The notes: generated by a model not told the origin, from the letters alone. Positions 39,840-50,149 are shown, counted from the stretch's first letter. The stretch is DNA of 64,000 nt from an uncultured bacterium (GCA_963801165.1 CAWDDT010000004.1:480001-544000); one strand, 5' to 3'. Numbers and translations: made by a program.

Positions 39840-40283
39840 ATGGACATATTGGCCTTCCTCATCATCGGGGGCGTGTGGGCGGCATTTCTGCTGCCCGCTT
39901 TCTTCGAGACCAGCAAGAGCGCTCCAATGCGATCGACGCGCAATTTTGCGCGTCACAACGATCTGCTGGCGTCGGTAACCAGGCAATCTGCGGCTGAGGT
40001 GCGGGCAGCTCGTCTTGCCCGTAGCCGTCGCCGCCGCACTGTCGCACTGCTCGGATCCGGGGCGCTGGGATCGCTGAGCGCCGCCGTGATGACCGGAAGC
40101 ACCCTCTGGCTGACGGTCACCATCGTCTTCGACATTCTGCTCGCCGGCTTCGTCACGGCGCTGCTGCAGGCGAAAGCCGCCCGGTTCCATCCCGTTGCTC
40201 CAGTCGTCGCGCTGGACCTCACGTCACCCGTCGTCGCAACCGCCGTCGAGCCCATCCAGACCATCCGCATCGTTGGAGCCTGA
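39840..40283 (+). CDS. SepX/GlpR-like membrane protein (compact)
   Basis: N-terminal TM ending WAAFLLP, then SRRRR followed by two TMs; syntenic after moeA-moaC-mog. Confidence 0.55.
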   Translation: MDILAFLIIGGVWAAFLLPAFFETSKSAPMRSTRNFARHNDLLASVTRQSAAEVRAARLARSRRRRTVALLGSGALGSLSAAVMTGSTLWLTVTIVFDILLAGFVTALLQAKAARFHPVAPVVALDLTSPVVATAVEPIQTIRIVGA

Positions 40284-40286
40284 TCG

Positions 40287-40910
40287 GTGTCTGAACCGCT
40301 GGACCTCGACGCCCTCGAAGCCGAAGTGCGTGCCGAGCTCGACGGGAAGTTCGCAGCCCGAGAGCTGGCGTTGCAGAACTGCCGCAAGATCATCCAAGCG
40401 GCGTCGAAGGCGATCCGGGCAATGCACCGGGGCGACGTCGAGACGGCAGACCGGCTGCTTGCGTCGGGGCGGGCGCTCATCGAGGAGGCCGAGGCCCCTC
40501 TTGCCGATCATCAGGACATCTATCACGCCGGCTTCTTCTACGACGCGGTCAAGGAGTACGCCGAGGCCGAGCTGACCAAGGCACTCGTGTTGCAGAAGCC
40601 GCTGCCGCTTCCCTCCGAGCTCGGCCTGCATGCGGTCCCATATCTCAAGGGGCTCGGCGAGGCGGTAGGGGAGATGAGGCGGCGGCTGCTCGACCAGCTT
40701 CGCACCGGCGAGCTGTCCGAAGCCGAGGTCACGTTCCGCTATATGGAGACGATCCACGAGTTGCTTGCCGCACTCGACTATCCCGACGGGATGACGAGCC
40801 AGCTGCGAAGGACCACCGATGTGGCGCGTTCGTTGATCGAGCGCAGCCGCGCCGACCTCACCACCACGATCGTCCAGGAGCGTCTCCGCCGCCAGCTCGA
40901 GGCGAAATAG
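40287..40910 (+). CDS. Translin/TRAX family protein
   Basis: All-helical 207 aa; ARE..SKAIRAMHRG, KEYAEA, YLKGLGEAVGEMRR, LRRTTD. Confidence 0.85.
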   Translation: MSEPLDLDALEAEVRAELDGKFAARELALQNCRKIIQAASKAIRAMHRGDVETADRLLASGRALIEEAEAPLADHQDIYHAGFFYDAVKEYAEAELTKALVLQKPLPLPSELGLHAVPYLKGLGEAVGEMRRRLLDQLRTGELSEAEVTFRYMETIHELLAALDYPDGMTSQLRRTTDVARSLIERSRADLTTTIVQERLRRQLEAK

Positions 40911-40911
40911 C

Positions 40912-40957
40912 TTCTGGCGTCGCAGACCGGAATATGTTCCGGTCCCGGACGCCAGAA
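40912..40957. terminator. Long hairpin between convergent genes (REP-like or bidirectional terminator)
   Basis: TTCTGGCGTC..GACCGGAA-TATG-TTCCGGTC..GACGCCAGAA. Confidence 0.6.
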
Positions 40958-40971
40958 AGGTCTTCGGCGTG

Positions 40972-42867
40972 TCAGTTGGAGGGGTCGGGGAGAAGGTCGG
41001 CGATCCGGTCGAGAAGCTGTCGGTGGCTGAATGGCTTGTGGATCAGTAACGCTTCGTCAATCTGCGTTCCCGCACGCCCTTCGGGTGCATAGCCCGACAT
41101 ATACAGCACTGGCATCCGGGGTATCTGTTGGCGGAGTTTGGCGGCCAGTTGGGGCCCTGAGAGCTCCGGCATGACGACGTCGGTCAACATGAGGTCCGGC
41201 CGCTGGCCGCTCGCCACGAGCTCCTGTGCCTCGCCCGGTCCCAGCGCCTCAATTACTCGATATCCGGCGCCGCGAATTATGTCGGCGGTGATCTCGAGGA
41301 TGGTTGCGTCGTCTTCGACAACCATTACCACCTGCCCGCGCGGCGCCGGTTGGTTCGAGGTTGGTGTCGTGTCTGCGGGACGGCTTGTGGAGCGGGTGCA
41401 TGGGAGGTCTATTGAGAAGGTGGTTCCCTGGCCGGGGACCGATTCCACCTCGATGACGCCGCCGGCATCGATGACGGCGTCATAGACCGACGCCAGACCC
41501 AACCCGGTGCCGAGGCCGGGTGCCTTGGTTGTGAAGAAAGGCTCGAAGATCCTCGCTCGCGTCTCGGCGTCCATTCCGATGCCCGTGTCCTCCACCGTCA
41601 GGCGCAGCCATGGCTGTTCTGTTCCGTCGGGTGTTTGCTCGGTTGCGGGCGTGGTCGCAGTGGCGATCGTGAGGAGTCCGCCGACCGGCATCGCGTCTCT
41701 GGCGTTGGTTGCGAGGTTGATCACAACGGCGGAGAGGCGACCTTCGCCGAACCTGACGAATGGCGCCGTGGCTTTGAGCTGCAGTTCGATCTTGACATCT
41801 TCGCCGACGATCCGTTCTATCGACACGACCGTCGCCTCGAGCACTTTGTTGACGTCGATCAACTCCGTCGTTGGAGCCTGGGGCTGTCCGAGCTGCATGA
41901 GTGACGCCACCATTTCGGCGCCCTTGGTCACCGCACGCTCGATCGATTGGAGGCGGACGGCGGCCTTGTCCGAGAGGCCTGGCTCACGGCCCACGAATTC
42001 GACTTGTCCGCGGATGACGGCAAGGAGGTTGTTGAAATCGTGGGCAACACCACCGGCAAGGTTCCCGAGCGATTCCATCTGTGCGGCATGGAGGAGTCTT
42101 TCGTCCATGCGCTTGTACGAGTCTATGTCGCGGACGGCTCCGACCAGGCGCGCCTGTGGCGTTTCGCCGTGCAGGACCGAAGTTCCGTGCAATCGAAGCC
42201 AGCGGGCGCGACCCTGAACGGACCGAACTTGAAGTTCGATGTCAAGGGTTGACTCGTTCTCGACTGCCGTGTTGATGGCTTCCTCGAGCCGGGACCGGTC
42301 GTCTGGAAGGACACGCTCGAGGTAGTCGGCGAGCAGGTTAGATCTTCCCTGTTCGCTTACACCAAAAAGGCGCCGCGTTGCCGGGTCGCTAGCGATGGTG
42401 GCGGCATTCAAATCCATTTCCCAGATACCAAGGCCGGCAGTGGCAACTGCCACTTGCAATCGCTGTTCTCGATCGCGGAGTTCTTGCTCGGCTCTGCGGG
42501 CGTCGGTCACGTCTCGCATGATCCACACCTCTTCGTCCCTTCCGCGATACGCGCTGAATTCGACCAGACGGGGCGAACCCTCTCTGCGATAGACCGTCAG
42601 GACCACTGGTCGAGGGAAGCCTTCAGCCCGGGCGGTGACGTATGCGGCCTTGGCCTGCGGCTCATCCAGGCGATGGACGGCGTTGCCCCATTCGTCGAGC
42701 GTCGTCAGCTCCGATGCACGGTATCCGACGATCTCCCCCGCTAAGCGGTTCAGCCAAATCGAGTCGCCCGTGATGTGCGCGGCGGCACCTGGAAACCCTT
42801 CTACCAGAGCGCGGAGAGGTGAGGCTTCTGCCCCTGTGGCGCTGCGATCGGTTGACGAATCTGACAT
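40972..42867 (-). CDS. Cytoplasmic PAS-PAS hybrid sensor histidine kinase with receiver domain
   Basis: [48 protein letters not shown]; no TM; start could extend to 42945. Confidence 0.92.
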   Translation of the reverse strand: MSDSSTDRSATGAEASPLRALVEGFPGAAAHITGDSIWLNRLAGEIVGYRASELTTLDEWGNAVHRLDEPQAKAAYVTARAEGFPRPVVLTVYRREGSPRLVEFSAYRGRDEEVWIMRDVTDARRAEQELRDREQRLQVAVATAGLGIWEMDLNAATIASDPATRRLFGVSEQGRSNLLADYLERVLPDDRSRLEEAINTAVENESTLDIELQVRSVQGRARWLRLHGTSVLHGETPQARLVGAVRDIDSYKRMDERLLHAAQMESLGNLAGGVAHDFNNLLAVIRGQVEFVGREPGLSDKAAVRLQSIERAVTKGAEMVASLMQLGQPQAPTTELIDVNKVLEATVVSIERIVGEDVKIELQLKATAPFVRFGEGRLSAVVINLATNARDAMPVGGLLTIATATTPATEQTPDGTEQPWLRLTVEDTGIGMDAETRARIFEPFFTTKAPGLGTGLGLASVYDAVIDAGGVIEVESVPGQGTTFSIDLPCTRSTSRPADTTPTSNQPAPRGQVVMVVEDDATILEITADIIRGAGYRVIEALGPGEAQELVASGQRPDLMLTDVVMPELSGPQLAAKLRQQIPRMPVLYMSGYAPEGRAGTQIDEALLIHKPFSHRQLLDRIADLLPDPSN

Positions 42868-42941
42868 GTCAATCACTTCTATCGTTGTCTCGGCAGCCAA
42901 TTCGGTCGAATCGCCTATTCCGCCACTGTGGCGGGGCAAGG

Positions 42942-42979
42942 TCAACAGCCACTCCCTGCTCCATCAACGGAACATCAAC
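42942..42979 (-). promoter_or_regulatory. GTTGA box array (11-bp phase) upstream of the kinase
   Basis: TCAAC at 42942, 42964, 42975 (spacing 22, 11). Confidence 0.5.
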
Positions 42980-43011
42980 GAACCGGCCCGGGGACTCCCC
43001 AAACGGCTTCA

Positions 43012-43758
43012 TCAGGGCGCGAATCGATATCCCGCCCCACGCATCGTTTCGATCCATTTTGGCTTGTCGGGATCCGTTTCGATCTTCCGCCGCAGCCGGT
43101 GGATGTGCTCACTCACGGTTGCTGCCGTCTGCCATTCGCCCGAGGAGCCCCATACGCGATCAAGGAGGACTTCTCGGGAAAAGACCTGCCGCGGTGACGA
43201 AGCTAGAAAAGCAAGGAGTTCGAACTCCAGGGCGGTCAGGGCAACGGTACGACCATCCACATTGACGTCGCGGCTCTTGAGGTCGATAGACAGGTCACCG
43301 AAGTCGAGTACTGCGGGAGTTCCCGTATCGGTGCTGCGTCGCAGAACAGCGTGCACCCGAGCGAGAAGCTCACGGTGTGAGAAGGGTTTCACCAAGTAGT
43401 CGTCGGCGCCCAGTTCGAGCCCAACAATCCGATCAGCTTCGCTTCCTTTCCCACTCACGATGATCGTGGGAACGCGGCCACCCTCCTGTATGCGCCGGAG
43501 TACGTCGAGTCCCGGCACCCCCGGCAGGCCCAAATCCAGCACAACTAAGTCGGGGTGGTGGCCGGGGAGCAGCCCGAGCAATGACTCTCCGTCGCCAACC
43601 GCGGTGACCTGAAAGCCGTCCTCCTCCAAAACGTCGCGGATGATCGCGCGGAGATCGAAGTCGTCGTCAACAACAACGATGTGGGATGTCCTACCACTTG
43701 CCACGGAGTGTCCGATCCGGTGCCGTCGTCTGATGTCGGCCTGATGATAGAAGCTCAT
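43012..43758 (-). CDS. OmpR/PhoB-family response regulator
   Basis: VVVDDD, LDLGLP, GADDYLVKPF, wHTH with LRRKIE..IETMRGAGY. Confidence 0.93.
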   Translation of the reverse strand: MSFYHQADIRRRHRIGHSVASGRTSHIVVVDDDFDLRAIIRDVLEEDGFQVTAVGDGESLLGLLPGHHPDLVVLDLGLPGVPGLDVLRRIQEGGRVPTIIVSGKGSEADRIVGLELGADDYLVKPFSHRELLARVHAVLRRSTDTGTPAVLDFGDLSIDLKSRDVNVDGRTVALTALEFELLAFLASSPRQVFSREVLLDRVWGSSGEWQTAATVSEHIHRLRRKIETDPDKPKWIETMRGAGYRFAP

Positions 43759-43776
43759 TCCGGGGCCGGCTTCACA

Positions 43777-43803
43777 GTTGATCTGGAGTTGAAGTTGCGT
43801 TGA
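43777..43803 (+). promoter_or_regulatory. 3 x GTTGA box array, 11-bp period
   Basis: GTTGAtctggaGTTGAagttgcGTTGA. Confidence 0.7.
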
Positions 43804-43870
43804 GCGCGTCTCGAGTCGCGTTCGTCACCATGGCAACAACGATCTTGTCAACGCGAGGAAGAGACGACTC

Positions 43871-45142
43871 ATGAGCTTTGTCCCGGGACGCTGGGTTGCC
43901 GCACGGAATGAAACGCCCACAGCAAGGCCGCGATCGCCCGTCTGGCGGGCGGTACTGGTACTCGCTGCCACAGCCACCCTTGCTGGGTGCGCTACCTCGC
44001 ACATTCCCTCGGCTCCCGCCGTGCCGACGTCACCGCTACCGACAACGCCGGTCCCTGTAACTGCGGTGACCGGCCCGGCACTGGCCCGCCTGCAGGAAGC
44101 CGTCGATCAGGCCCGCCTCGCATACGGCGCCCCCGGAGCGCTAGCCGTTGTTCACCGCGACGCGGAGCGTTTCGAGATCGCGTCCGGTATGGCCGACCGG
44201 TCGGGCACCCTTGTCTCGGCCGACATGCAATTCAGAGTCGGCAGCATCACCAAGTCCGTCGTCGCCGCTCTCGTGCTCGATCAGGTTGCACAGGGTCATC
44301 TCAGTCTCCAGGACGCCGCCGGAAATATCGTTGGAGATCCGCTGCGACCCGAGCCCCCGATCACTATACGCATGCTGCTCAACCACACCAGCGGGATCTT
44401 CGACATCGGAAACGAAGGGGACCCGGTAGCCGACATCGCTCGCCTCGACAGCCGCGATCTGATCGATGAAGCGCAGGCCCTTCAATACGCGGCCGCTGCC
44501 GGCCAGATGGTGGTTGCCTCCGATCGATTGACAATCGGTCTCGCCGAAACCCACGACCGCTACTTCCAGCCCGGCGCCGGCTTCCATTACAGCAATACCA
44601 ATTACCAGGTTGCCGCGATGGCATTGGAGGAGATCAGCGGTCGGGCGCTCGCCGAACTCGTTGAAGAACGGATCAGCCGACCCCTGAACCTCAACCAAAC
44701 GACACTGGCCCCGGATGATCTGCGCTCACCGGCGTTTCGCGGTAACGCCGTGGACACAATGACCGGCGAGCTCATCGACGCCACGGATGACCTGCTGGCG
44801 TTCGGCAACGGAGGGAGCGGCGGGCTGCTCTCTACCGCCGACGAGTTGACCACAATCATGCGCGCTATCGTCAACGGACCGTTGCTGCCTGCGGACCTAC
44901 GAGCCGAGATGATTCGGCCCACGCCCCAATCAGGTGACTCATACGGGCTCGGTATCGCCACCTACATCCTTCGCTGCGGAGTCTTCTACGGTCATGAGGG
45001 CAGCGTGAACGGAACGGCCTCGATCGCGCTCATCGACGGCTCCGGACGCAGCGTGGTGGTCGCCTTCAATCGGACCGGCGGAGATCCTCACCTCATCACT
45101 CTTGCGGAGCAGCTCGTTTGCTCATCGGTCCCGACATCATGA
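43871..45142 (+). CDS. Serine hydrolase (beta-lactamase/DD-peptidase family) lipoprotein
   Basis: Lipobox LAGC; GSITKS (SxxK), YSN, GHEG. Confidence 0.88.
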   Translation: MSFVPGRWVAARNETPTARPRSPVWRAVLVLAATATLAGCATSHIPSAPAVPTSPLPTTPVPVTAVTGPALARLQEAVDQARLAYGAPGALAVVHRDAERFEIASGMADRSGTLVSADMQFRVGSITKSVVAALVLDQVAQGHLSLQDAAGNIVGDPLRPEPPITIRMLLNHTSGIFDIGNEGDPVADIARLDSRDLIDEAQALQYAAAAGQMVVASDRLTIGLAETHDRYFQPGAGFHYSNTNYQVAAMALEEISGRALAELVEERISRPLNLNQTTLAPDDLRSPAFRGNAVDTMTGELIDATDDLLAFGNGGSGGLLSTADELTTIMRAIVNGPLLPADLRAEMIRPTPQSGDSYGLGIATYILRCGVFYGHEGSVNGTASIALIDGSGRSVVVAFNRTGGDPHLITLAEQLVCSSVPTS

Positions 45143-45182
45143 AGGTGGGTCGCATCCCCGACCGCGTTTCCCAGCATCGTGT

Positions 45183-45209
45183 GTTGAAGGGCAGTTGAAG
45201 TTGCGTTGA
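45183..45209 (+). promoter_or_regulatory. 3 x GTTGA box array, 11-bp period
   Basis: GTTGAagggcaGTTGAagttgcGTTGA. Confidence 0.7.
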
Positions 45210-45392
45210 CCGGAACGCCAAGTCGTCCATGCATCGTGGGCCTTGGTGATTGAGGGAGTCCGCAAATGTCGATGACCACAAGCCATGAGACGGCGGTTAT
45301 CCCTCGACCATCGGTGACCGGCCGGCGTACTGCCACGGTCTTCTCAGCAGCCCACACATATCCGTTGGGCGGTTCAGAGGTAAGGAGCACAA

Positions 45393-45668
45393 ATGCAATT
45401 AGTGATTTCCAGTGGTCTTGCGGCTGCTGCGGCTGCCGCGGCTGCTGCCGCCGTAGTCATCGTTGCCAGGCGACGCCAACCGTCTCCAAGCAGCAATCGA
45501 TCTCGCATATCGGATTCGGTAGCCCTGGCCATGCGGGTCGGGATGCTGGTCGGCATGCTCGTCGGACTCGCTGTCTGGTACTGGACCAAGAAGCCCGATC
45601 TCGGGATCTTGGTCATGGCGACAGGGGTGACAATTGGAAGTGGCATCGCCCGCAGAAGAGCCCGGTGA
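45393..45668 (+). CDS. Small membrane protein
   Basis: RBS AAGGAG; three hydrophobic segments. Confidence 0.6.
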   Translation: MQLVISSGLAAAAAAAAAAAVVIVARRRQPSPSSNRSRISDSVALAMRVGMLVGMLVGLAVWYWTKKPDLGILVMATGVTIGSGIARRRAR

Positions 45669-45704
45669 GCTAATGCCGCGGCAGCGAAACCCACTCCTCC
45701 ACGT

Positions 45705-45731
45705 GTTGATTGGGAGTTGAACTTGCGTTGA
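45705..45731 (+). promoter_or_regulatory. 3 x GTTGA box array, 11-bp period
   Basis: GTTGAttgggaGTTGAacttgcGTTGA. Confidence 0.7.
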
Positions 45732-45787
45732 CCGTGGCGCCAGATGTCCTCTCCATCATGTGCATCAAGTAACTGAAAGAGTCTCTG

Positions 45788-47371
45788 ATGACAATGACCG
45801 ATACCCCCGAAACGGCTGCCGAACAACTCCCACCGGCGGTGGCGAAGCGTGCGACTGCAGTTGGCGCGTCAGGCGTGAGGAGAGTCTTGGAGCCCGTATG
45901 GGCCGACTGGCGCATTGGTGTCGCCAACGCAGTATTCCTTGCAGCCGGTTTCGCGCTGATGAGCGCTTGGATCACTCCCCGCGGCCCGATAACGACGGCA
46001 GAAGCGCTGATCTCGATGGCGTTGGCGCTCATCGTGGGTGCCGGAGCCGGCCTGGCGACGGGGAGTCGGTGGAGCCTGTTGATCACGCCTGTCGTGTTTG
46101 CGATCGTTTTTGAGCTCGCGCGGGTTGGAACCAGTGGCCCGACAGTCGATGGGATCCACATCGACTCCATGCTGGAGGTCGTTGCCTTCGTAGTCGGTCG
46201 AGGCACCCACGGTGTCCTCGTGTTCATGCCGATGGTGGTGGGATCCTCGCTTGGTATCTGGATGGCCGGGCGGTTGGGTCGGCCGGCTACTCCCAGGCCG
46301 AGCCCGATCGCATGGATCATTGTCGGGCTACTCGCTGCATGCGTGGCCGTCGTTGCATTCTCCGTCGCCCGCCCGGCGTCAACTGCGCCGATCCTCGGAG
46401 CGGACGGGCAGCCGTTGGCAGGCAGTGTCGCCGAGTTGGTCTCGGTATCCATCGGGGGTCACGACCAGACGCTGATGATCCGAGGCAGGAGCGTCGACAG
46501 CCCGGTGCTGCTGTACCTCGCCGGCGGACCCGGCGGGACCGACCTTGGCGCTATGCGCGCGGACACCACGTTGGAACAGGGTTTTGTCGTCGTTACGTGG
46601 GACCAGCGAGGCGCCGGTAAGTCTTACGGCGCCCTCGACCCGATCGACACTCTTACCCTGGACCAGGCGGTCGACGACGCAATCGAGGTGACCAACTACC
46701 TGCGGGAACGCTTCGACGAAGAGAAGATCTACATCGTTGGCAACTCATGGGGCACGACCCTCGGAGTCCTCGCGGCACAACGCCACCCTGAGCTGTACCA
46801 CGCCTATGTGGGCACCGGCCAGATGGTCAGCCAAAGAGAGACCGATGTGATGTTCTGGGAGGACACCCTGGCCTGGGCAGAACGCACCGGAAACACGGGA
46901 CTCGCCGAGACGCTACACAGCAACGGCCCGCCCCCATACGACGACGTCACCCGCTACGAGTACGCCACCTCCTACGAACATGACTGGAATCCCTACCCGG
47001 AGTTTGATCCGGGCACCGAGATGCCGGCCGTCCTGTTTGTACCCGAGTACACATGGATGGATCGCGTCAACGGCTTCCGCGGTTTCTTCGACTCGGCGGC
47101 AGTGCTCTATCCCCAGCTCCAGGACATCGACTTCCGTGTCGACGTTCCTCAACTGGACGTGCCTCTGTACATGGTCCTCGGTGAGCACGAGGCCCGGGGC
47201 CGCGCCGTGCTCGCCGATGAGTGGTTCAACCTGGTCGAGGCACCGTCGAAGGAGAGGATTGTCTTTGCGGGTGCCGGGCACCGGCCGCAGTTCGACCAGC
47301 CGGGCCAATTCGCTGAAGTGATGAGCCAGGTTCTGGCCGAAACCTACGCCGATACCGCGGGAGGGAACTGA
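45788..47371 (+). CDS. Membrane-anchored alpha/beta hydrolase (proline iminopeptidase-like)
   Basis: N-terminal TMs; LAGGPGG, WDQRGAGKS, GNSWG, AGH. Confidence 0.85.
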   Translation: MTMTDTPETAAEQLPPAVAKRATAVGASGVRRVLEPVWADWRIGVANAVFLAAGFALMSAWITPRGPITTAEALISMALALIVGAGAGLATGSRWSLLITPVVFAIVFELARVGTSGPTVDGIHIDSMLEVVAFVVGRGTHGVLVFMPMVVGSSLGIWMAGRLGRPATPRPSPIAWIIVGLLAACVAVVAFSVARPASTAPILGADGQPLAGSVAELVSVSIGGHDQTLMIRGRSVDSPVLLYLAGGPGGTDLGAMRADTTLEQGFVVVTWDQRGAGKSYGALDPIDTLTLDQAVDDAIEVTNYLRERFDEEKIYIVGNSWGTTLGVLAAQRHPELYHAYVGTGQMVSQRETDVMFWEDTLAWAERTGNTGLAETLHSNGPPPYDDVTRYEYATSYEHDWNPYPEFDPGTEMPAVLFVPEYTWMDRVNGFRGFFDSAAVLYPQLQDIDFRVDVPQLDVPLYMVLGEHEARGRAVLADEWFNLVEAPSKERIVFAGAGHRPQFDQPGQFAEVMSQVLAETYADTAGGN

Positions 47372-47441
47372 TGGACGCCTCCTCGAAATCCAGCACCACC
47401 CGTACCGGCGAGCGCGAAATTCTTCGAAAGGAAGGAACACA

Positions 47442-48425
47442 ATGATTGCGATCGATTCTCCACCAGTCCGGTTGCCGGATCCGGGCCATCTGTCTTCCGA
47501 TCTGGCGCCTGCTGTCAAGATCGAGCACCTGACAAAACGGTACGGCCACAACACCGTTGTTGATGACCTGTCGTTCACCGTCCAACCTGGACGGGTCACC
47601 GGGTTCCTCGGACCGAACGGCGCCGGCAAGTCCACCACTATGAAGATCCTGCTCGGGCTTGCGTCGGCCGATCAGGGCCGGGCATTGATCGGAACCCAAC
47701 CCTACCGTGACCTCCCCGACCCGGCACGGACCGTCGGCGTTGTCATCGAGGCGGATGCGTTCCACCCCGGGCGGAGCGGACGCAACCACTTGCGCATCGT
47801 TGCCGATGCCGGCGGCTTTCCCGCAGAACGTGTCGACGAGATGCTGGAACTGGTCGGGATCGCCGATGCGGCCGACCGACGCGTCGGCGCCTACTCGCTC
47901 GGTATGCGGCAGCGTCTCGGATTGGCCGCTGCATTGCTCGGGGATCCGCCGATGCTCGTCCTGGACGAGCCGGGTAATGGGCTGGACCCACAGGGCATCA
48001 GAACGCTCCGTGATCTGCTGCGAGCTCGAGCCGCTGCCGGGAACACGGTATTTGTCTCCAGCCACCTGCTCGGAGAAGTGCAGCATCTTGCCGACGATGT
48101 CGTCGTCATCAACAAGGGACGTCTAGTCGCAAGCGGCTCGATCCGCGACCTGGAACAGACGGCCGCACTGGTGCGGACGGCTTCGCCCGAATTGCTCCGG
48201 GCGGTGCTCGAATCCGCAGGCGGTATCGCACAACCACAAGACAAGGACGCGCTCATCGTTCGCGGGCTGCCGATTGAAGAGATTGGCGACCGAGCCTTTG
48301 CAGCCGGTCTGGCTGTCCATGAGCTGTCGCAACATGCAGGTTCGCTCGAGGAATTGTTCCTGGACTGGACAAGCGCAACACCAAGCCACGCCGGCACGAT
48401 CGAAGAGGAGATTGAAACACGATGA
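47442..48425 (+). CDS. ABC-2 type exporter ATP-binding protein
   Basis: GPNGAGKST, YSLGMRQR, LDEP, SSH. Confidence 0.92.
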   Translation: MIAIDSPPVRLPDPGHLSSDLAPAVKIEHLTKRYGHNTVVDDLSFTVQPGRVTGFLGPNGAGKSTTMKILLGLASADQGRALIGTQPYRDLPDPARTVGVVIEADAFHPGRSGRNHLRIVADAGGFPAERVDEMLELVGIADAADRRVGAYSLGMRQRLGLAAALLGDPPMLVLDEPGNGLDPQGIRTLRDLLRARAAAGNTVFVSSHLLGEVQHLADDVVVINKGRLVASGSIRDLEQTAALVRTASPELLRAVLESAGGIAQPQDKDALIVRGLPIEEIGDRAFAAGLAVHELSQHAGSLEELFLDWTSATPSHAGTIEEEIETR

Positions 48426-49168
48426 AATGGTCATACCTCGTACGAGCTGAACTCCGCAAACTCACCAGCACCAGAATGCCGTGGGCGTTTGTGATAGTCC
48501 TTCTGATAATCAGTGCGCTAACAGCGACGGCGGTCATCGCTGGAACCGACATGGATGGCAGCAAAGGGTTCATCGCAACCACCGCTGACCAGCAATCGTT
48601 GATGGCGTTCGCCTGGAACGCAATGATGGGAGCGGTCATTTTCGGCGCTATCGCTGTGGCCCGCGAGTACGGCCACGGAACAGTCGTTCCCACGTTCTTG
48701 AGCGCTCCGCGCCGGCATCGAGCTGTGCTCGCGCAGCTGACGGCCGTGTCCGTCGTCGGTGGCCTGCTTGGTGGTCTGGGCGCCGGGCTCACCGTTGCCG
48801 CGGTTGCAGCCGCGCTCCCGATGACCGACTACAGCTTCCTGCTGTCCATCGGAACCACAGCCCAACTGATCGCAGCTTCGGCGTTTACAGGAGCAGTCGG
48901 TGCGGTCATGGGGGCAGGCATCGGCGCAGTCGTTCGCAACACCGGCGGCGCCGTCACCGGAGCGTTCGTGACCCTCATTGTCGGTCCGCCTCTGGTCGTG
49001 CAAATGGCGAGCGGTGCCGCGTCCTGGGTGCCCGGCACTCTCGCCGGTGTTCTGTCCGGCATTGGCGGCGAAGTCGGCTTGCTTGCGGCGATTGCCGCCC
49101 TCATCATGTGGGCGGCCGTTCCGGCGGCGATGGGGCTCATCTCCACAATGAGGCGAGATGTGGTGTGA
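48422..49168 (+). CDS. ABC-2 type exporter permease
   Basis: AELRKL, AREYGHGT, 6 TMs, RRDV terminus. Confidence 0.85.
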   Translation: MKWSYLVRAELRKLTSTRMPWAFVIVLLIISALTATAVIAGTDMDGSKGFIATTADQQSLMAFAWNAMMGAVIFGAIAVAREYGHGTVVPTFLSAPRRHRAVLAQLTAVSVVGGLLGGLGAGLTVAAVAAALPMTDYSFLLSIGTTAQLIAASAFTGAVGAVMGAGIGAVVRNTGGAVTGAFVTLIVGPPLVVQMASGAASWVPGTLAGVLSGIGGEVGLLAAIAALIMWAAVPAAMGLISTMRRDVV

Positions 49169-49216
49169 ACCCGGCGAGCGGTGGTCTGAGCAAGCCGGAC
49201 GACCGAGAGACCTCCT

Positions 49217-50149
49217 ATGACGGATCGACACGACAACACAATTGGCGGATCCTCTAGCCTCGACGGGTGGCTCGCCATCGGGCTCGTCATCTTGGGATTG
49301 GGCACGGCCGTAGTAGCGCTTCTCGGTCCACTTGCAACAGAAGTGATTCGCTACCACGCCTCGGACGCAGCCATAAACCAGGTCGCCGGTGGTGACATGG
49401 CCGGACTGGTGCTGGTGGCGCCAATCAGTGTGATCGCCGGCATTCTTGTATGGCGGAGGAACAGGGCGGGCCGGGTCCTTGCATTGGGCCCGGCGGTCTA
49501 TGCGCTCTATGTCAATGCCCAGCTATCGCTGGGCGGGGACGTCACTCGCTATCCGGGCAACAGCGAACGGTTCTTCCCCCTCTACCTCGGGCTGTTTGTG
49601 CTCGCCGGTGCCATCGCCATCCGAGCGTGGACCGGCGTAGATCCCACAGCGCTACCGGCTACCCAACGGCGGATCGGCCGGGTGCTCGGCTGGTACGCCA
49701 TCGTGGTCTCAGTTTTTCTCGTCGTCGGGCTTCACGTGCCGGGTCTGATCGATGCTTGGCGAGACCATCCGACAAGTACTGAATACTTAGCCGACCCGGT
49801 TGTGTTCTGGCTTGTCAAGATGATGGACCTGGGCCTGGTGGTTCCCGCGCTGATGGCCACAGGAGTCGCGGCTCTCCGGGGCCGCGGAGGGTTAGACAGG
49901 GCCGGGTATGCCGCTGCGGGTTGGATGGCGCTTCTTGGAACCTCGGTTGCTGGCATGGCGGTCGTCATGCAGGCCACCGACGACCCCGCAGCGACGACGG
50001 CAAACACGGTCGCCTTCACGCTCTTCGCACTCATCGGACTGGCCATTGCCGCAGTCGTCTATCGGCCGCTGCTGGCTAGCGGGCCATCGGCATCAAAGCC
50101 CGACACTGCTTGTGATCGGCGACTGTCGAAGGGAGGGGCCGATGCTTGA
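49217..50149 (+). CDS. Multi-pass membrane hypothetical protein
   Basis: About 8 hydrophobic segments; overlaps the next gene. Confidence 0.65.
   Translation: MTDRHDNTIGGSSSLDGWLAIGLVILGLGTAVVALLGPLATEVIRYHASDAAINQVAGGDMAGLVLVAPISVIAGILVWRRNRAGRVLALGPAVYALYVNAQLSLGGDVTRYPGNSERFFPLYLGLFVLAGAIAIRAWTGVDPTALPATQRRIGRVLGWYAIVVSVFLVVGLHVPGLIDAWRDHPTSTEYLADPVVFWLVKMMDLGLVVPALMATGVAALRGRGGLDRAGYAAAGWMALLGTSVAGMAVVMQATDDPAATTANTVAFTLFALIGLAIAAVVYRPLLASGPSASKPDTACDRRLSKGGADA

Noticed and set aside
47371-47445. 24-codon ORF MDASSKSS... bridging the hydrolase and ABC genes
   Set aside because: No motif; may be a translational-coupling remnant, but a function cannot be supported
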